Positions 17,443 to 27,542 of a DNA stretch of 64,000 nucleotides are shown piece after piece (the stretch's first letter is position 1; every line of letters starts with the position of its first letter). Under the pieces are notes generated by a model. The model was not told the DNA's origin. It worked only from the letters and a program-made list of their open reading frames with translations, and ran no database searches. The translations under genes were made by a program, and so were the position numbers. Origin of the DNA: Armatimonadota bacterium (lineage in GTDB: Bacteria > Armatimonadota > SYMT01); contig JAWLHY010000001.1 of NCBI GenBank assembly GCA_041690135.1, positions 704,001-768,000 on the forward strand. Reading direction: 5' to 3'.

Positions 17443-18393
17443 ATGTCGGATCTGGTGCGGAGAGAGCGGGCGCAGGTCGGCGGTGGGGAGCTGCTGAGGC
17501 TCTTGCTGGCGGATAAGCGGAGCGAGGCCACGAAACGGGCTTATGCGGCGGACCTGCGGGACTTCTTCGGCGAGGAGCTGAACCCGCGGGAGGTGGAACG
17601 GTTCGTCTCGCAGCCGCCTGCGGAGATCGCGCGGGTGCTGACCACCTATAAGGGCGAGCTTCTCGCCCGCGGGCTAACCGAGGCGACGGTCAACCGGCGG
17701 CTCGCGGCGATCCGGTCGCTGCTCAAGTTCTGCTACCGCCTGGGATGGTCGCAGACCGACGGGCGGTCCCTGGTTGAGGGTGAGCGGGTGGTGGCGTACC
17801 GCGACACGCGCGGCGTAACACCGGAGATCGTGAAAAAGCTGTTCACCGCGGCGAACACGGGAGACCTGACCGGCCTGCGCGACGTGGCGCTCCTCCGCCT
17901 GCTGTGCGAGAACGCGCTTCGCCGGGCCGAGGTGTGCGCCCTGAACGTGGAGGACTTCCGTCCGGAAGAGCGTCGCCTCAACATCCTGGGCAAGGGCAAG
18001 GGGACCCAGAAGGAGCCGGAAACACTCTCCGAGCGGGCCATCGAGGCGCTGAACCGCTACCTGGCGGTGGCCGGCCACGGCGGGAACCCGGAGGCGCCGC
18101 TGCTGCGGAACGTCGATCCTCGGCCGGAGTACAACGGTCTGCGGCTCACGGGCGACGGGATCTACCACATCGTCCGCGACCTGGGCGCGCGCGTCGGCGT
18201 CCCCAGTCTCACACCGCACAAGCTACGCCACACGGCCATCACCATCGCGCTGGACCTGACGGATGGGAATGTCCGCGCGGTGCGGGACCTCTCGCGCCAC
18301 GCCCGCCTGGAGACCCTCCAGCGGTATGACGACAACCGAAGGAACTTCCAGGGAAGCGTTTCGGAGAAGCTCTCCAACCTGTTCGACGAATAG
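17443..18393 (+). CDS. Tyrosine recombinase (Xer-like, resembling the cyanobacterial YDDNR subfamily)
   Basis: SAM-like N-terminus; catalytic R (ALRRAE), K (GKG), HKLR, H (SRH) and Y (RYDDNR); GGGAGG RBS. Confidence 0.93.
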   Translation: MSDLVRRERAQVGGGELLRLLLADKRSEATKRAYAADLRDFFGEELNPREVERFVSQPPAEIARVLTTYKGELLARGLTEATVNRRLAAIRSLLKFCYRLGWSQTDGRSLVEGERVVAYRDTRGVTPEIVKKLFTAANTGDLTGLRDVALLRLLCENALRRAEVCALNVEDFRPEERRLNILGKGKGTQKEPETLSERAIEALNRYLAVAGHGGNPEAPLLRNVDPRPEYNGLRLTGDGIYHIVRDLGARVGVPSLTPHKLRHTAITIALDLTDGNVRAVRDLSRHARLETLQRYDDNRRNFQGSVSEKLSNLFDE

Positions 18394-18472
18394 CCGGAAC
18401 TTCCGATCCTGGCAAGACGACAGATGAGAGTGAGCGGGCGTGCAGTCCGGTAGTCCCGCACTGGGGTCCTCC

Positions 18473-19741
18473 ATGTCCAAACCGACAGCCGGGCACTTCC
18501 CCTTCCCGATCTCTCGCCCCACACTCCTACAGCAACTCGGAACCCTCGGCGACCTGCTTGAGAACCCGGTTCGAGACCGCGAGCTTCGCAGCCGCATGCG
18601 TGGAGGCCGCACCTACTGGATCACAGGCGGCTACGCTACGGCAGTCAGTGTCTTCGTTCTCTTCCTCTACGGATGGCTTCCGCACCAGTACCAGGGCGTG
18701 GAGATGAAAGCGGCCGCTCCCGGAATTGCGCAAAGCCTCTGGGTATGGGGCTGTGCGCTTCAGGCGGTGTTGCTGAGTTTCTTCGTTCCCGCCTTCACCG
18801 CGGGCAGCATCGCTCGCGAGCGCGAGCGTGAGATGCTGGACCTGCTGTTCCTCACGCGCCTGAGCGCGCTGCGAATCTGCTACGGAAAGCTCGCCGCCGG
18901 GGTTGGGCACGGTTTCATCCTGTTCCTGGCGTCCCTACCACCCCTCGCCCTGTCGTTCACCCTGGGCTCGGTGAGCCCCGTCCAGGTCATCCAGTCGACG
19001 GCCGTCCTGGCGACCTGCGTGTGCTTCGCCGGCGCGTTGGGCCTCTGCCTCTCGTGTATCGCACCCAGAACGGTGACGGCCTCGACCTGGGCGTACCTTC
19101 TCCTGGGCTTCGGGTTGGTGGGCTTGCCCCTGGTCCTGGTGCACTTCGCCAGCGGGCCGTGGACTTCGCAAGTGTCCGATGCCGAAATCGCCGGGATGAT
19201 CATTGCATGCCTGGCGGGAACGTTCCCCCTGGCAGTGCTCCTGGGCGGCATCGGGCTGCGCGTGCGAGAGGGTTGGAAGGAGCGAGAGACGGGAAAGGAA
19301 TGCTCCGCCACGCGGGCCGATTGGCTCCTCTTTTGTGGCTTCTCCTGGTGCGTGACGGCGCTCTCGCTTTGGCTCCCCGGGATGAGCGAACTCGTCCAGA
19401 GCGGCCGCTACCTGCTGGTGCTCCACCCCATTACGGTCCTGCTCTCGACTTCCCCCGGGCCGCAGAGCACAGGGGTCGATCCGCTCCAGGGCCTTGTATT
19501 CTGCGGAATGGCCAGTGCGAGCAGCGTGCGGTCCAGCCCAACGATGATCCAGTTACTGCCGGACTGGCTGCGTGAGCCCGTGGACTCCCTCTTCTGGACT
19601 CTGGGCGACATCGCAAACTACACCGGCTGGAATTCGCTTGGGGACCACCTCTGGTGGATCTACTGCATCATCTTTCTCGGAGCAGCGGCGTGGCTCTTTC
19701 TCATCACGGCCATGCGGGTGAAGCGGCTGCGCGAGGGGTAG
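18473..19741 (+). CDS. ABC-2-type permease
   Basis: NPV..RELRSRMRG, GSIAREREREMLDLL..TRLS...GKL; multiple TM helices. Confidence 0.85.
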   Translation: MSKPTAGHFPFPISRPTLLQQLGTLGDLLENPVRDRELRSRMRGGRTYWITGGYATAVSVFVLFLYGWLPHQYQGVEMKAAAPGIAQSLWVWGCALQAVLLSFFVPAFTAGSIAREREREMLDLLFLTRLSALRICYGKLAAGVGHGFILFLASLPPLALSFTLGSVSPVQVIQSTAVLATCVCFAGALGLCLSCIAPRTVTASTWAYLLLGFGLVGLPLVLVHFASGPWTSQVSDAEIAGMIIACLAGTFPLAVLLGGIGLRVREGWKERETGKECSATRADWLLFCGFSWCVTALSLWLPGMSELVQSGRYLLVLHPITVLLSTSPGPQSTGVDPLQGLVFCGMASASSVRSSPTMIQLLPDWLREPVDSLFWTLGDIANYTGWNSLGDHLWWIYCIIFLGAAAWLFLITAMRVKRLREG

Positions 19742-19831
19742 AGACAACCGGGGCACAGGGGACGTAACCACCGCAGGGCGCAAGGCGTCCATACAGGTAG
19801 CGCCGGGAGGCCGCTGGAGTGCGGGTGCGGA

Positions 19832-19862
19832 TTGACGCGCGCGCCCCGCGGCCTCCTATAAT
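19832..19862 (+). promoter_or_regulatory. Possible sigma70 promoter for the MoxR operon
   Basis: TTGACG-19nt-TATAAT (spacer is long). Confidence 0.5.
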
Positions 19863-19928
19863 CTACAAGACTCACACGCGGAATCGCCGGACGGGCGAGA
19901 TCCGGGTGCGGGACCTTCGGAGATCGAT

Positions 19929-21743
19929 TTGATGACCCAGGAACAGGTCCTCCGGGACAAAGTGGGCGAGGTGCGCACCCGCATCCGCCTGCTGGTCACC
20001 CAGCAATGGATCTGCACGGCCCTCACCGTGTCGCTCCTGACCGGTCTGCTGCTGGTGCTGGCGACCAAGATGCGCTGGTGGACGGATGCCGTCGACTACC
20101 TCTGGGCGCTGGTCTTGCTGGGCGCGGCCGCGGGGTTCGCGATCGGGTGGACCCGCAGCATCACCCCGCAGGTGGCCGCGCAGGTCGCGGATGAGAAGGG
20201 CGGCCTGAAGGAGCGCCTCTCCACCGCGGTGGAGCTGGCCGCCTCCCCCACCCGCAGCCAGATCGCGGAGGTCCAGATCTCCGATGCCGCCGAGCACGCG
20301 CGGCAGTTGAATGTTTCCCAGGTGTTGCCCTGGAAGGCTCCGAAGCAGCTCCGCTACGTGGGCGCCGCCGCCGTGGTGCTGGCCGCCGCCGTGTTCGTGC
20401 CGGAGCTCCCGATCTTCCACAGCAAGCAGGAGCGCCTCGACGCCCAGGTGATGAAGAATGAGGGCACCCGCCTTCAGAAAGTCGCCAAGCAAGTCGAAGC
20501 CAAGCTGAAGGAGAAGAAAGAGAAAGAGTCCGACGAAGAGATCCTCCGCCGGGTCGCCAAGGAGATGCAGAAGCTGGGGAAAGACCAGGCGAAGTCTCGC
20601 GTCTCCAAGAAGCAGGCCATGCTGGCGATGAACGATCTGCAGAAACAGATCAAGGAAGAGGAGAACAAGCTCGCCGGGGGGCCCGCCGGGAAGTCGATGG
20701 AGAAGGTGACGGCCGACCTGAAGGCCGCCGCCGACAAGCAGACCCAGCAGGGCAGCAACGACGCCGGCAAGACGCTGAAGCAGATGGCCGAGAACCTGGA
20801 CAAGCGCGACTTCGATGCCGCCAAGCAGCAGTTGGAGGACCTCGCCAAGAATATCCAGTCCGGCAGCCTGAAACCGGAAGAGGCCAAGCAACTGGCGGAA
20901 ACCATGGAGCAGATGTCCAAGGCCATGGCCGGCTCCAACCTGGACCAGGCCTCGCAGGAGCTCAAGGACGCGGCCTCCAAGCTGCAGGACGCGGTGAAGC
21001 AGGCGGAACAGATACAGCAAAAGATGCAGCAGGCGAAGACCGACGCGGAACGCCAGCAGCTTCAGGAACAGATGCAGCAGGCCCTGAACCAGGGGATGCA
21101 GCAGGCGGCGGCGCAGTGCAGTAAGGCGGGCGGCACATGACAGTCCGCCGGAGGGCGTCAGCGGTCCGCTGACCAACTAGCAGAAATGTCGAAGGCGCTC
21201 CGGTCCGCCCAGCAGTCGCTGCAGCAGGCCGGCCAGGAAACGGCCCAGGGCGGTGGCAGCCAGGGCGACCAGAAGAAAGACGGCCAGGAAGGGCAGTCCG
21301 GCTCCCGAGGCCAGCAGGGCGAACAGGGTGACCAGGCGGGCGAGGGTCAGAATGAGGCCAGCGAAGCGGAGATGGGCGCGGAGTTCGGCGCTTCCCAGTC
21401 CGCTTCCCAGAGCAGCAGTGACTCCGGGGACCCCGGCGCCTCGCAGCGCCGGGGCGGTGGACGCGGCAATGCCGGCCGCGGTGTCGGCGGGAACGTCGGC
21501 GCTCAGCAGCCGCTTCCGGGCAAGAAGAACGACAAGCTCGTTCGCGGCACGGTCAATGATAAGGGCAAGAAGCTGAGTCGCTCCTACATGGGCACGCCGG
21601 ACCCCACGCAGGACCGGGCCGCCTACTACAGCGTGGTTCCCGATAAGGTGAAGGCGGCCGAAGCTTCGCTGAACCGGGAAGAGATCCCCACGGGATACAA
21701 GAAGGCCGTCCGCGACTACTTCAACTCGATACAGCCTCGATAA
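19929..21743 (+). CDS. MoxR-associated membrane coiled-coil protein with an in-frame TGA at 21138-21140 (candidate selenoprotein or read-through)
   Basis: ORFs 19929-21140 and 21186-21743 share one frame and are separated by one TGA and 15 sense codons; N-terminal TM and ERLSTA motif, C-terminal EEIPTGYKKAVRDYF motif. Confidence 0.75.
21157..21173 (+). promoter_or_regulatory. SECIS-like hairpin 3' of the in-frame UGA
   Basis: GTCAGCG-GTC-CGCTGAC; the apical G lies ~23 nt after UGA. Confidence 0.55.
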
Positions 21744-21756
21744 GGAAACTCCAGTC

Positions 21757-22803
21757 TTGTCTTCAACGGAAGCCCTCCCACCCAACGGCGCCGCCCGGGC
21801 GCAGGTCGAAGCACGCGCCCGGGAGTTCATGGACCGCTACCGCAGCGTGCGGCAGGAGATCGCGAAGGTCGTCGTCGGCCAGGATGCCGTCGTGGAGTCG
21901 GTGCTCGTCGCCGTCCTGTGTGGCGGTCACGCCCTGCTGGAGGGGGTGCCCGGGCTCGGCAAGACGCTGCTGGTGCGGACCATCAGCCAGGCGCTGAACC
22001 TGGAGTTCAACCGCATCCAGTTCACTCCCGACCTGATGCCGGCGGACATCACCGGCACGAATATTGTGGTGGAAGACCCCTCCGGCCGGCGGGTCTTCCA
22101 GTTCCAGCCCGGTCCGGTGTTCGCCAATATCGTGCTGGCGGACGAAATCAACCGGGCCACGCCCAAGACCCAGTCCGCTCTGCTGGAAGCCATGCAGGAA
22201 CATTCCGTAACGGTGGCCGGCACCATCCACCGGCTGGATGAGCCGTTCTTTGTGCTCGCCACGCAAAACCCGATCGAGCAGGAGGGGACCTATCCCCTAC
22301 CCGAAGCGCAGCTCGACCGGTTCCTGTTCAAGGTTCTGGTCCCGCAACCCCGGCTGGAGGACCTGGCCGCCATCGTGGACCGCACCACCGGCACCCAGGC
22401 CAACCATGCCAGTGCCGTGCTGAACGGCGAGCAGATCATGGCGATGCAGCGCCTCGCGCGCGAGATCGTGGTGGAAGGCCAGGTGCGGGACTACGCCCTG
22501 AAGATCGTGCTGGGGACCCACCCGGATAGCGAGTACGCCCCCGACGCCGTGAAGCGGTTCGTCCGAGTCGGCTCCAGCCCTCGCGGCGCCCAGGCGATCA
22601 TCCTGGCGGCCAAGGTCCACGCGCTGCTCCAGGGTCGCTACAACGTTGCCTATGACGACATCGACCACGTCGCCACGCCGGCACTGCGGCATCGCCTCAT
22701 CCTCAACTTCGAGGGGGAAGCGGAAGGGGTGACCACGGACAGCGTGGTGGCGGACATCCGGAGCCGGGTGCGGGAAGCGGCGCGGCCGCAAGTGGGAGTG
22801 TAA
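21757..22803 (+). CDS. MoxR family AAA+ ATPase
   Basis: GVPGLGKT, RIQFTPDLMPADITG, DEINRATPKTQSALLEAMQE, LPEAQLDRF. Confidence 0.97.
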   Translation: MSSTEALPPNGAARAQVEARAREFMDRYRSVRQEIAKVVVGQDAVVESVLVAVLCGGHALLEGVPGLGKTLLVRTISQALNLEFNRIQFTPDLMPADITGTNIVVEDPSGRRVFQFQPGPVFANIVLADEINRATPKTQSALLEAMQEHSVTVAGTIHRLDEPFFVLATQNPIEQEGTYPLPEAQLDRFLFKVLVPQPRLEDLAAIVDRTTGTQANHASAVLNGEQIMAMQRLAREIVVEGQVRDYALKIVLGTHPDSEYAPDAVKRFVRVGSSPRGAQAIILAAKVHALLQGRYNVAYDDIDHVATPALRHRLILNFEGEAEGVTTDSVVADIRSRVREAARPQVGV

Positions 22804-22903
22804 GTCGGCGGCAGGGAAGAGCGGGCGGGGCGCCGAATAGAGGTGCGGGAAGAACGCGGTTACGTTTGAGAACCCGCGGTTTTCGGCACCTTGAAGGCAA
22901 ACG

Positions 22904-24082
22904 ATGAGCCCGAGGAACCCCGCAAATCCGGCCGGTAAGTTCCCGCTCGCCACCTACTGCCTCATCCTGGCGCAGTTGGTGGTGTGGATCGTCGTGCGCC
23001 GCTTCTTGCTGCAGGGCGGAGAGTGGACGCAGTTCGCCCTCTACCCGGGCGCTCCGGATGAACTGGGGCTGATCATCTCCCCCTTCATCCACATCGAGCC
23101 GGTCCACCTGGGGATCAACCTGGCCGTGCTCTGGCTGTTCGGCACCAGCCTGGAGCGGACGGTCGGCTCGTTCCAGTTCCTCTTCTTCTACCTGGGCGCC
23201 GCCTGGTTTTCCTCGCTCATGCAATGGGCGGTCTCCACGGCGTTCCAGGTCCATCCCAACCTGGCGGCCAGCAATGCGGCCGTGGGCTCTTCGGGAGCAG
23301 TCGCGGGGATCATGGCCGCGCACCTGGTGCGCTTTCCGCGCGCCCGCCTGAGCCTGCCCTTCAACCGCTCGTTTACGGTGCCCGCCACCCCCATCCTCAC
23401 GCTGTGGGTGGTCTATACCCTTTTCCGCGCGATCATCACCACGGTCGTGGGCTACTCCGAGGGGATCGGGCACTGGGCCCATTTCGGCGGGTTCGTGTTC
23501 GGCCTCGCCATGGCGCAGTTGATGGGCCTCCATCACCTCGCCCGGCGCGAGATGCTGGCGCAAACGGCAGAGGAGGCGTACGCCAGCGACAACCTGCTGG
23601 TGGCTGCCCGGGCCTGGTCCGCGCTGCTGGCCATGCGGCCATCGGACACCCATACCCGTACCGCCCTGATCACGACCCGCCTCGCCATGAGCGATGTTCC
23701 GGGCGCCCGGCGGCTGGCCCGCGAGGGCCTGGAAGCGCTGGTAAAAGCGAACGACCGCCCCACGGCCATCGAGTTGTACGAAGAGTACGTGGAGTTGGTG
23801 CCGGAGTTGGACCTTCCCCCCGGCATCCGGTATCGCCTGGGCTGTTGGCTGGCGGATGCGGGGCGTGACGAACTGGCGTTCCGCGCGCTGTGGGAGAGCG
23901 TCCGCGAAGACGGCGCCACGCCCTCTTCCGCGGCGGCGCTCTACCGCGCGGGCAAGCTGGCGCTGGAGCGCCTCCAGAGCCCCCGCCACGCGCGCCAGGC
24001 CTGGAACTGCCTCCTGGAGCAGTTCCCCGATTCGCCCTGGTGCGACGCGGCCCGCGATAGCCTGCGCCACTTGCCGGCTTAA
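22904..24082 (+). CDS. Rhomboid intramembrane serine protease with TPR-like tail
   Basis: HLGINL, GSSG, HWAHFGG. Confidence 0.9.
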   Translation: MSPRNPANPAGKFPLATYCLILAQLVVWIVVRRFLLQGGEWTQFALYPGAPDELGLIISPFIHIEPVHLGINLAVLWLFGTSLERTVGSFQFLFFYLGAAWFSSLMQWAVSTAFQVHPNLAASNAAVGSSGAVAGIMAAHLVRFPRARLSLPFNRSFTVPATPILTLWVVYTLFRAIITTVVGYSEGIGHWAHFGGFVFGLAMAQLMGLHHLARREMLAQTAEEAYASDNLLVAARAWSALLAMRPSDTHTRTALITTRLAMSDVPGARRLAREGLEALVKANDRPTAIELYEEYVELVPELDLPPGIRYRLGCWLADAGRDELAFRALWESVREDGATPSSAAALYRAGKLALERLQSPRHARQAWNCLLEQFPDSPWCDAARDSLRHLPA

Positions 24083-24123
24083 TCCTGACTTCTGGTGCCT
24101 TCTGGTGCCCTCTGCCGGCGGGT

Positions 24124-24152
24124 TTGAGTTTGCGGGGCGCACGGTGTATCAT
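24124..24152 (+). promoter_or_regulatory. Promoter for rnpB
   Basis: TTGAGT-17nt-TATCAT. Confidence 0.65.
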
Positions 24153-24159
24153 GGAGCCC

Positions 24160-24525
<366 letters not shown>

Positions 24526-24563
24526 ACCCTTTCGCCCCGCTTCACGACTTCTCCCACAACCCC

Positions 24564-25667
24564 ATGACGCCCCAGCAAGAACTCTCCGCAAAGCTCAAGC
24601 GCGTACGCGCACTGTTGGCGCGCACCGGCCGCCGGGGCGCCCTGCTCCACACGGTGGCAAACTTTGCCTGGCTCACCGCCGGCGGCCGCAACCACGTCAG
24701 CATCGCCGCCGAGCGCGGCGTGGGCGCGCTCCTGGTGACGCCCGATATGGCCTACCTCCTGGCGGACAACATCGAGCTGGCGCGGCTGCAGGAAGAGGAG
24801 CTGGCGGGCCTGGACCTGAAGCCGCGAGAGTTTTCCTGGTGGTCCGGCAGTATCGTGGAGGAAGCCCTCAAGCTCGTTCCGGCGAGCGAGTTGGTGACCG
24901 ACTTCCCCCACCCCGGCGCGCACGTGCTCTCCGCGGACGAGATGATGGCCCTTCGCAATCCGTTGTTGTCCATAGAGGTGGAGCGGTACCGGGCGCTGGG
25001 TCGAGACGTCGCCATCGTGATGCAGCACGCCGCGTTCCACTGCCGGCCCTCCCTCTCCGAGCACCAATTGGCCGGGATGCTCGCGCAGGGGCTGGTGGAC
25101 TTCGGCATCCACCCCGGCGTGACGCTGGTTGCCACGGACGAGCGTGTCTATTCCCGCCGGCATCCCATTCCCACGGGGCGCCGCCTGGAGAAGTACGCCA
25201 TGCTGGTGATCGGCGGTCGCCGCGACGGGCTGAGTCTTTCCATCACCCGGCTCGTCCATTTCGGTCCGATCCCCGAGGAACTGCAGCAACGACATCTCGC
25301 CTGCGCCCGCGTGGATGCCGCGATCCTGGCCGCGACTCGTCCCGGTGCGGCCATCGCGGGGGTGTTCCACGTCGCCCAGGAAGCCTACGCCGCCGAGGGC
25401 TATCCGGACGAGTGGAAGCTCCACCACCAGGGCGGTCCCACCGGGTACGCGGCGCGCGACCTGAAAGCCACCCCCACCTGTGCCGGCACCGTTCAGAGCG
25501 GCCAAGCCTTTGCCTGGAACCCGAGCATCGCCGGCACCAAGTCCGAGGACACCGTTCTGGTGACCGACGACGGAATCGAGGTCCTCTCCACCACCCCGGA
25601 TCTCCCCGTGGTGCGAGTCACCGCTGCCGGCAAGGCGTTCGAGCGAGCCGCGATTCTGGAGAGATGA
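24564..25667 (+). CDS. M24 family metallopeptidase
   Basis: RHPIPT, HHQGGPTGY, AWNPSI.GTKSEDT. Confidence 0.9.
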   Translation: MTPQQELSAKLKRVRALLARTGRRGALLHTVANFAWLTAGGRNHVSIAAERGVGALLVTPDMAYLLADNIELARLQEEELAGLDLKPREFSWWSGSIVEEALKLVPASELVTDFPHPGAHVLSADEMMALRNPLLSIEVERYRALGRDVAIVMQHAAFHCRPSLSEHQLAGMLAQGLVDFGIHPGVTLVATDERVYSRRHPIPTGRRLEKYAMLVIGGRRDGLSLSITRLVHFGPIPEELQQRHLACARVDAAILAATRPGAAIAGVFHVAQEAYAAEGYPDEWKLHHQGGPTGYAARDLKATPTCAGTVQSGQAFAWNPSIAGTKSEDTVLVTDDGIEVLSTTPDLPVVRVTAAGKAFERAAILER

Positions 25668-25670
25668 TTC

Positions 25671-26120
25671 TTGAAGGATGAAGGCGGAACAATGAAGGAT
25701 GAAAGCAGGGGACGGTAGGCAGGGGGCAGTCTTTTGGGTTTGCAGGTTGGCAAGTTGGAAAGTTTGCAGGTTAGAACCCTGGAGACCGGAGCCAGGTGCG
25801 GTCGGGCACCTGAATGCCTGAACGTTTACCTCCCCCACAGGGGGGCCTGAACAGCTGAACAATGTTGTTGGCAAATTATCCAGGATCGGCTGCAGCGCAT
25901 GCGTCGGGTACCCCGAAGGGGTGATGGATTGCACTGCGCCGCTACCGACCCGGTGTCGGCATTGGCGATCCGGGTGAGCCGCGACGACTGCGAGACCATA
26001 GGCTTCCGCAGTGCAACTGCGGACGAAGTATTTCGCGGGCAGTCCAACTGCCCGCGATCGTATTTACAAACAGCATCCTGAACGCCTGAACACCCGACCA
26101 CCCGACCACCCGAAACCCTC
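25671..26120. repeat. Short tandem-repeat tract (TGAAGGA, GCAGGTTG, CCTGAAC, CCCGACCA) containing a hairpin-rich insert
   Basis: Visible 7-8-mer iterations on both sides of 25862-26076. Confidence 0.6.
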
Positions 26121-26159
26121 CCCGCCCTCCGTTGTCCCAGGACACCAGGGGGAACTGTA

Positions 26160-27542
26160 ATGCTCTCGATCTCTCGGTGTCCCGGTACTTTTGGACGACG
26201 CGCCTTCGTGCGGTCGGGGATTCTTGGGCTCTGGAGCCTGGGCCTGACGGACCTGTTCCGAATGGAGGCCTCCGCCGCGCAAGCTCCTGCTTCCGGGCGG
26301 GTGCTCTCCCCCACCGGCGCCACCGGGAAATCGATCATCGTTCTCTGGTTGTGGGGCGGTCCCAGCCACATGGAAACGTTCGATCTGAAGCCGGATGCGC
26401 CCGCGGAGTACCGGGGCGAGTTCAAGCCGATCAAGACCAACGTGCCGGGTATCGAGATCTGCGAGCACCTTCCGCGCCTCGCGAAACTGGCCGACAAGTA
26501 CGCGCTGATCCGCTCCTGTCACCACGACAGCACCGGGCACGTTAACAGTACCCACACGGTGATGACGGCCTTCCAGGGCGAGGAGGTGGAAACGCCTCCC
26601 TACAAACCGAAGTACCCGGACGTGTGGGCGGTGATCAACCATGCGCAGGGGGACTGGTCTCGGCGCATACCCCCTTACGTGGCGCTGCCGCGCACCCGGT
26701 ACGATGGGGCCGCCTACCTGGGCTCCGCCGCGGACCCCCTCATTGTGAAGGGCGACCCGAACCAGAAGGGGTTCCGCGTGGACGACCTCTGCCCGCGGAC
26801 GGAACTCCAGGCTCGGATCTCGCGCCGGGCCACCTTGCTCGAGCGGTTCGATGCTACGCGCCGGGACGTGCACACCGCCACAGAAGCGACTTCCCTCGAT
26901 GCCTTCCAGCAGCGCGCCCTTTCCGTGTTGACCAGCGACGCTGCCGCCCGGGCGTTCGACATCGATCAGGAGGATCCGAAGCTGCGGGACCTGTACGGCC
27001 GGCACGAGGTGGGCCAGCGGTGCTTGCTCGCGCGCCGCCTGGTAGAGGCCGGGGCGCGCATCGTGACGATCGACTTCCCCTGCGTGCCGGGTCAGAAGGC
27101 CTTTAGCTGGGACGACCACGCCAGCGTGTGGAATATCTTCGAGCAGATGAAGATCCGCCTGCCCGTTCTCGACCAGGTGGTCTCCGCCCTGATCACGGAT
27201 CTATACGACCGCGGCCTGGACAAAGATACGATGCTGGTGGTGATGGGGGAAATGGGCCGTACGCCGAAGCTGAGCAACCATAACGGCCAGCCCGGTCGCG
27301 AGCATTGGGGGCGGGCCATGTCGGTGCTCCTTGCCGGGGGCGGTCTGCCGATGGGACAGGTGATCGGCCAGACCACGGATCGGGGTGAGGAACCGAGCGA
27401 ACGGGCTCTTAAGCCCACCGATCTGCAGGCGACGTGGTACCGCTACTTTGGCATTCCGCTGGATACGCAGTATCTCGACCGCACCGGGCGTCCCATTCCG
27501 ATCCTGCCGGACGGGGAGCCGATCCGGGAGTTGATCTCCTGA
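26160..27542 (+). CDS. DUF1501 family protein
   Basis: GGPSHMETFDLKPDAP, LLARRLVEAG, WDDH, GEMGRTP, GREHW. Confidence 0.93.
   Translation: MLSISRCPGTFGRRAFVRSGILGLWSLGLTDLFRMEASAAQAPASGRVLSPTGATGKSIIVLWLWGGPSHMETFDLKPDAPAEYRGEFKPIKTNVPGIEICEHLPRLAKLADKYALIRSCHHDSTGHVNSTHTVMTAFQGEEVETPPYKPKYPDVWAVINHAQGDWSRRIPPYVALPRTRYDGAAYLGSAADPLIVKGDPNQKGFRVDDLCPRTELQARISRRATLLERFDATRRDVHTATEATSLDAFQQRALSVLTSDAAARAFDIDQEDPKLRDLYGRHEVGQRCLLARRLVEAGARIVTIDFPCVPGQKAFSWDDHASVWNIFEQMKIRLPVLDQVVSALITDLYDRGLDKDTMLVVMGEMGRTPKLSNHNGQPGREHWGRAMSVLLAGGGLPMGQVIGQTTDRGEEPSERALKPTDLQATWYRYFGIPLDTQYLDRTGRPIPILPDGEPIRELIS

Noticed and set aside
8838-18393. Classical integron (IntI plus attC array)
   Set aside because: The recombinase shows no evident IntI-specific insertion. 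Candidate R'' boxes such as ATCTAAC at the 9899 stop have no complementary R' box or internal palindrome.
21186-21743. Independent gene starting at ATG 21186
   Set aside because: It has no Shine-Dalgarno sequence, is in frame with the upstream ORF, and encodes what looks like that family's normal C-terminus. Treated as the read-through portion, though independent initiation is not excluded.
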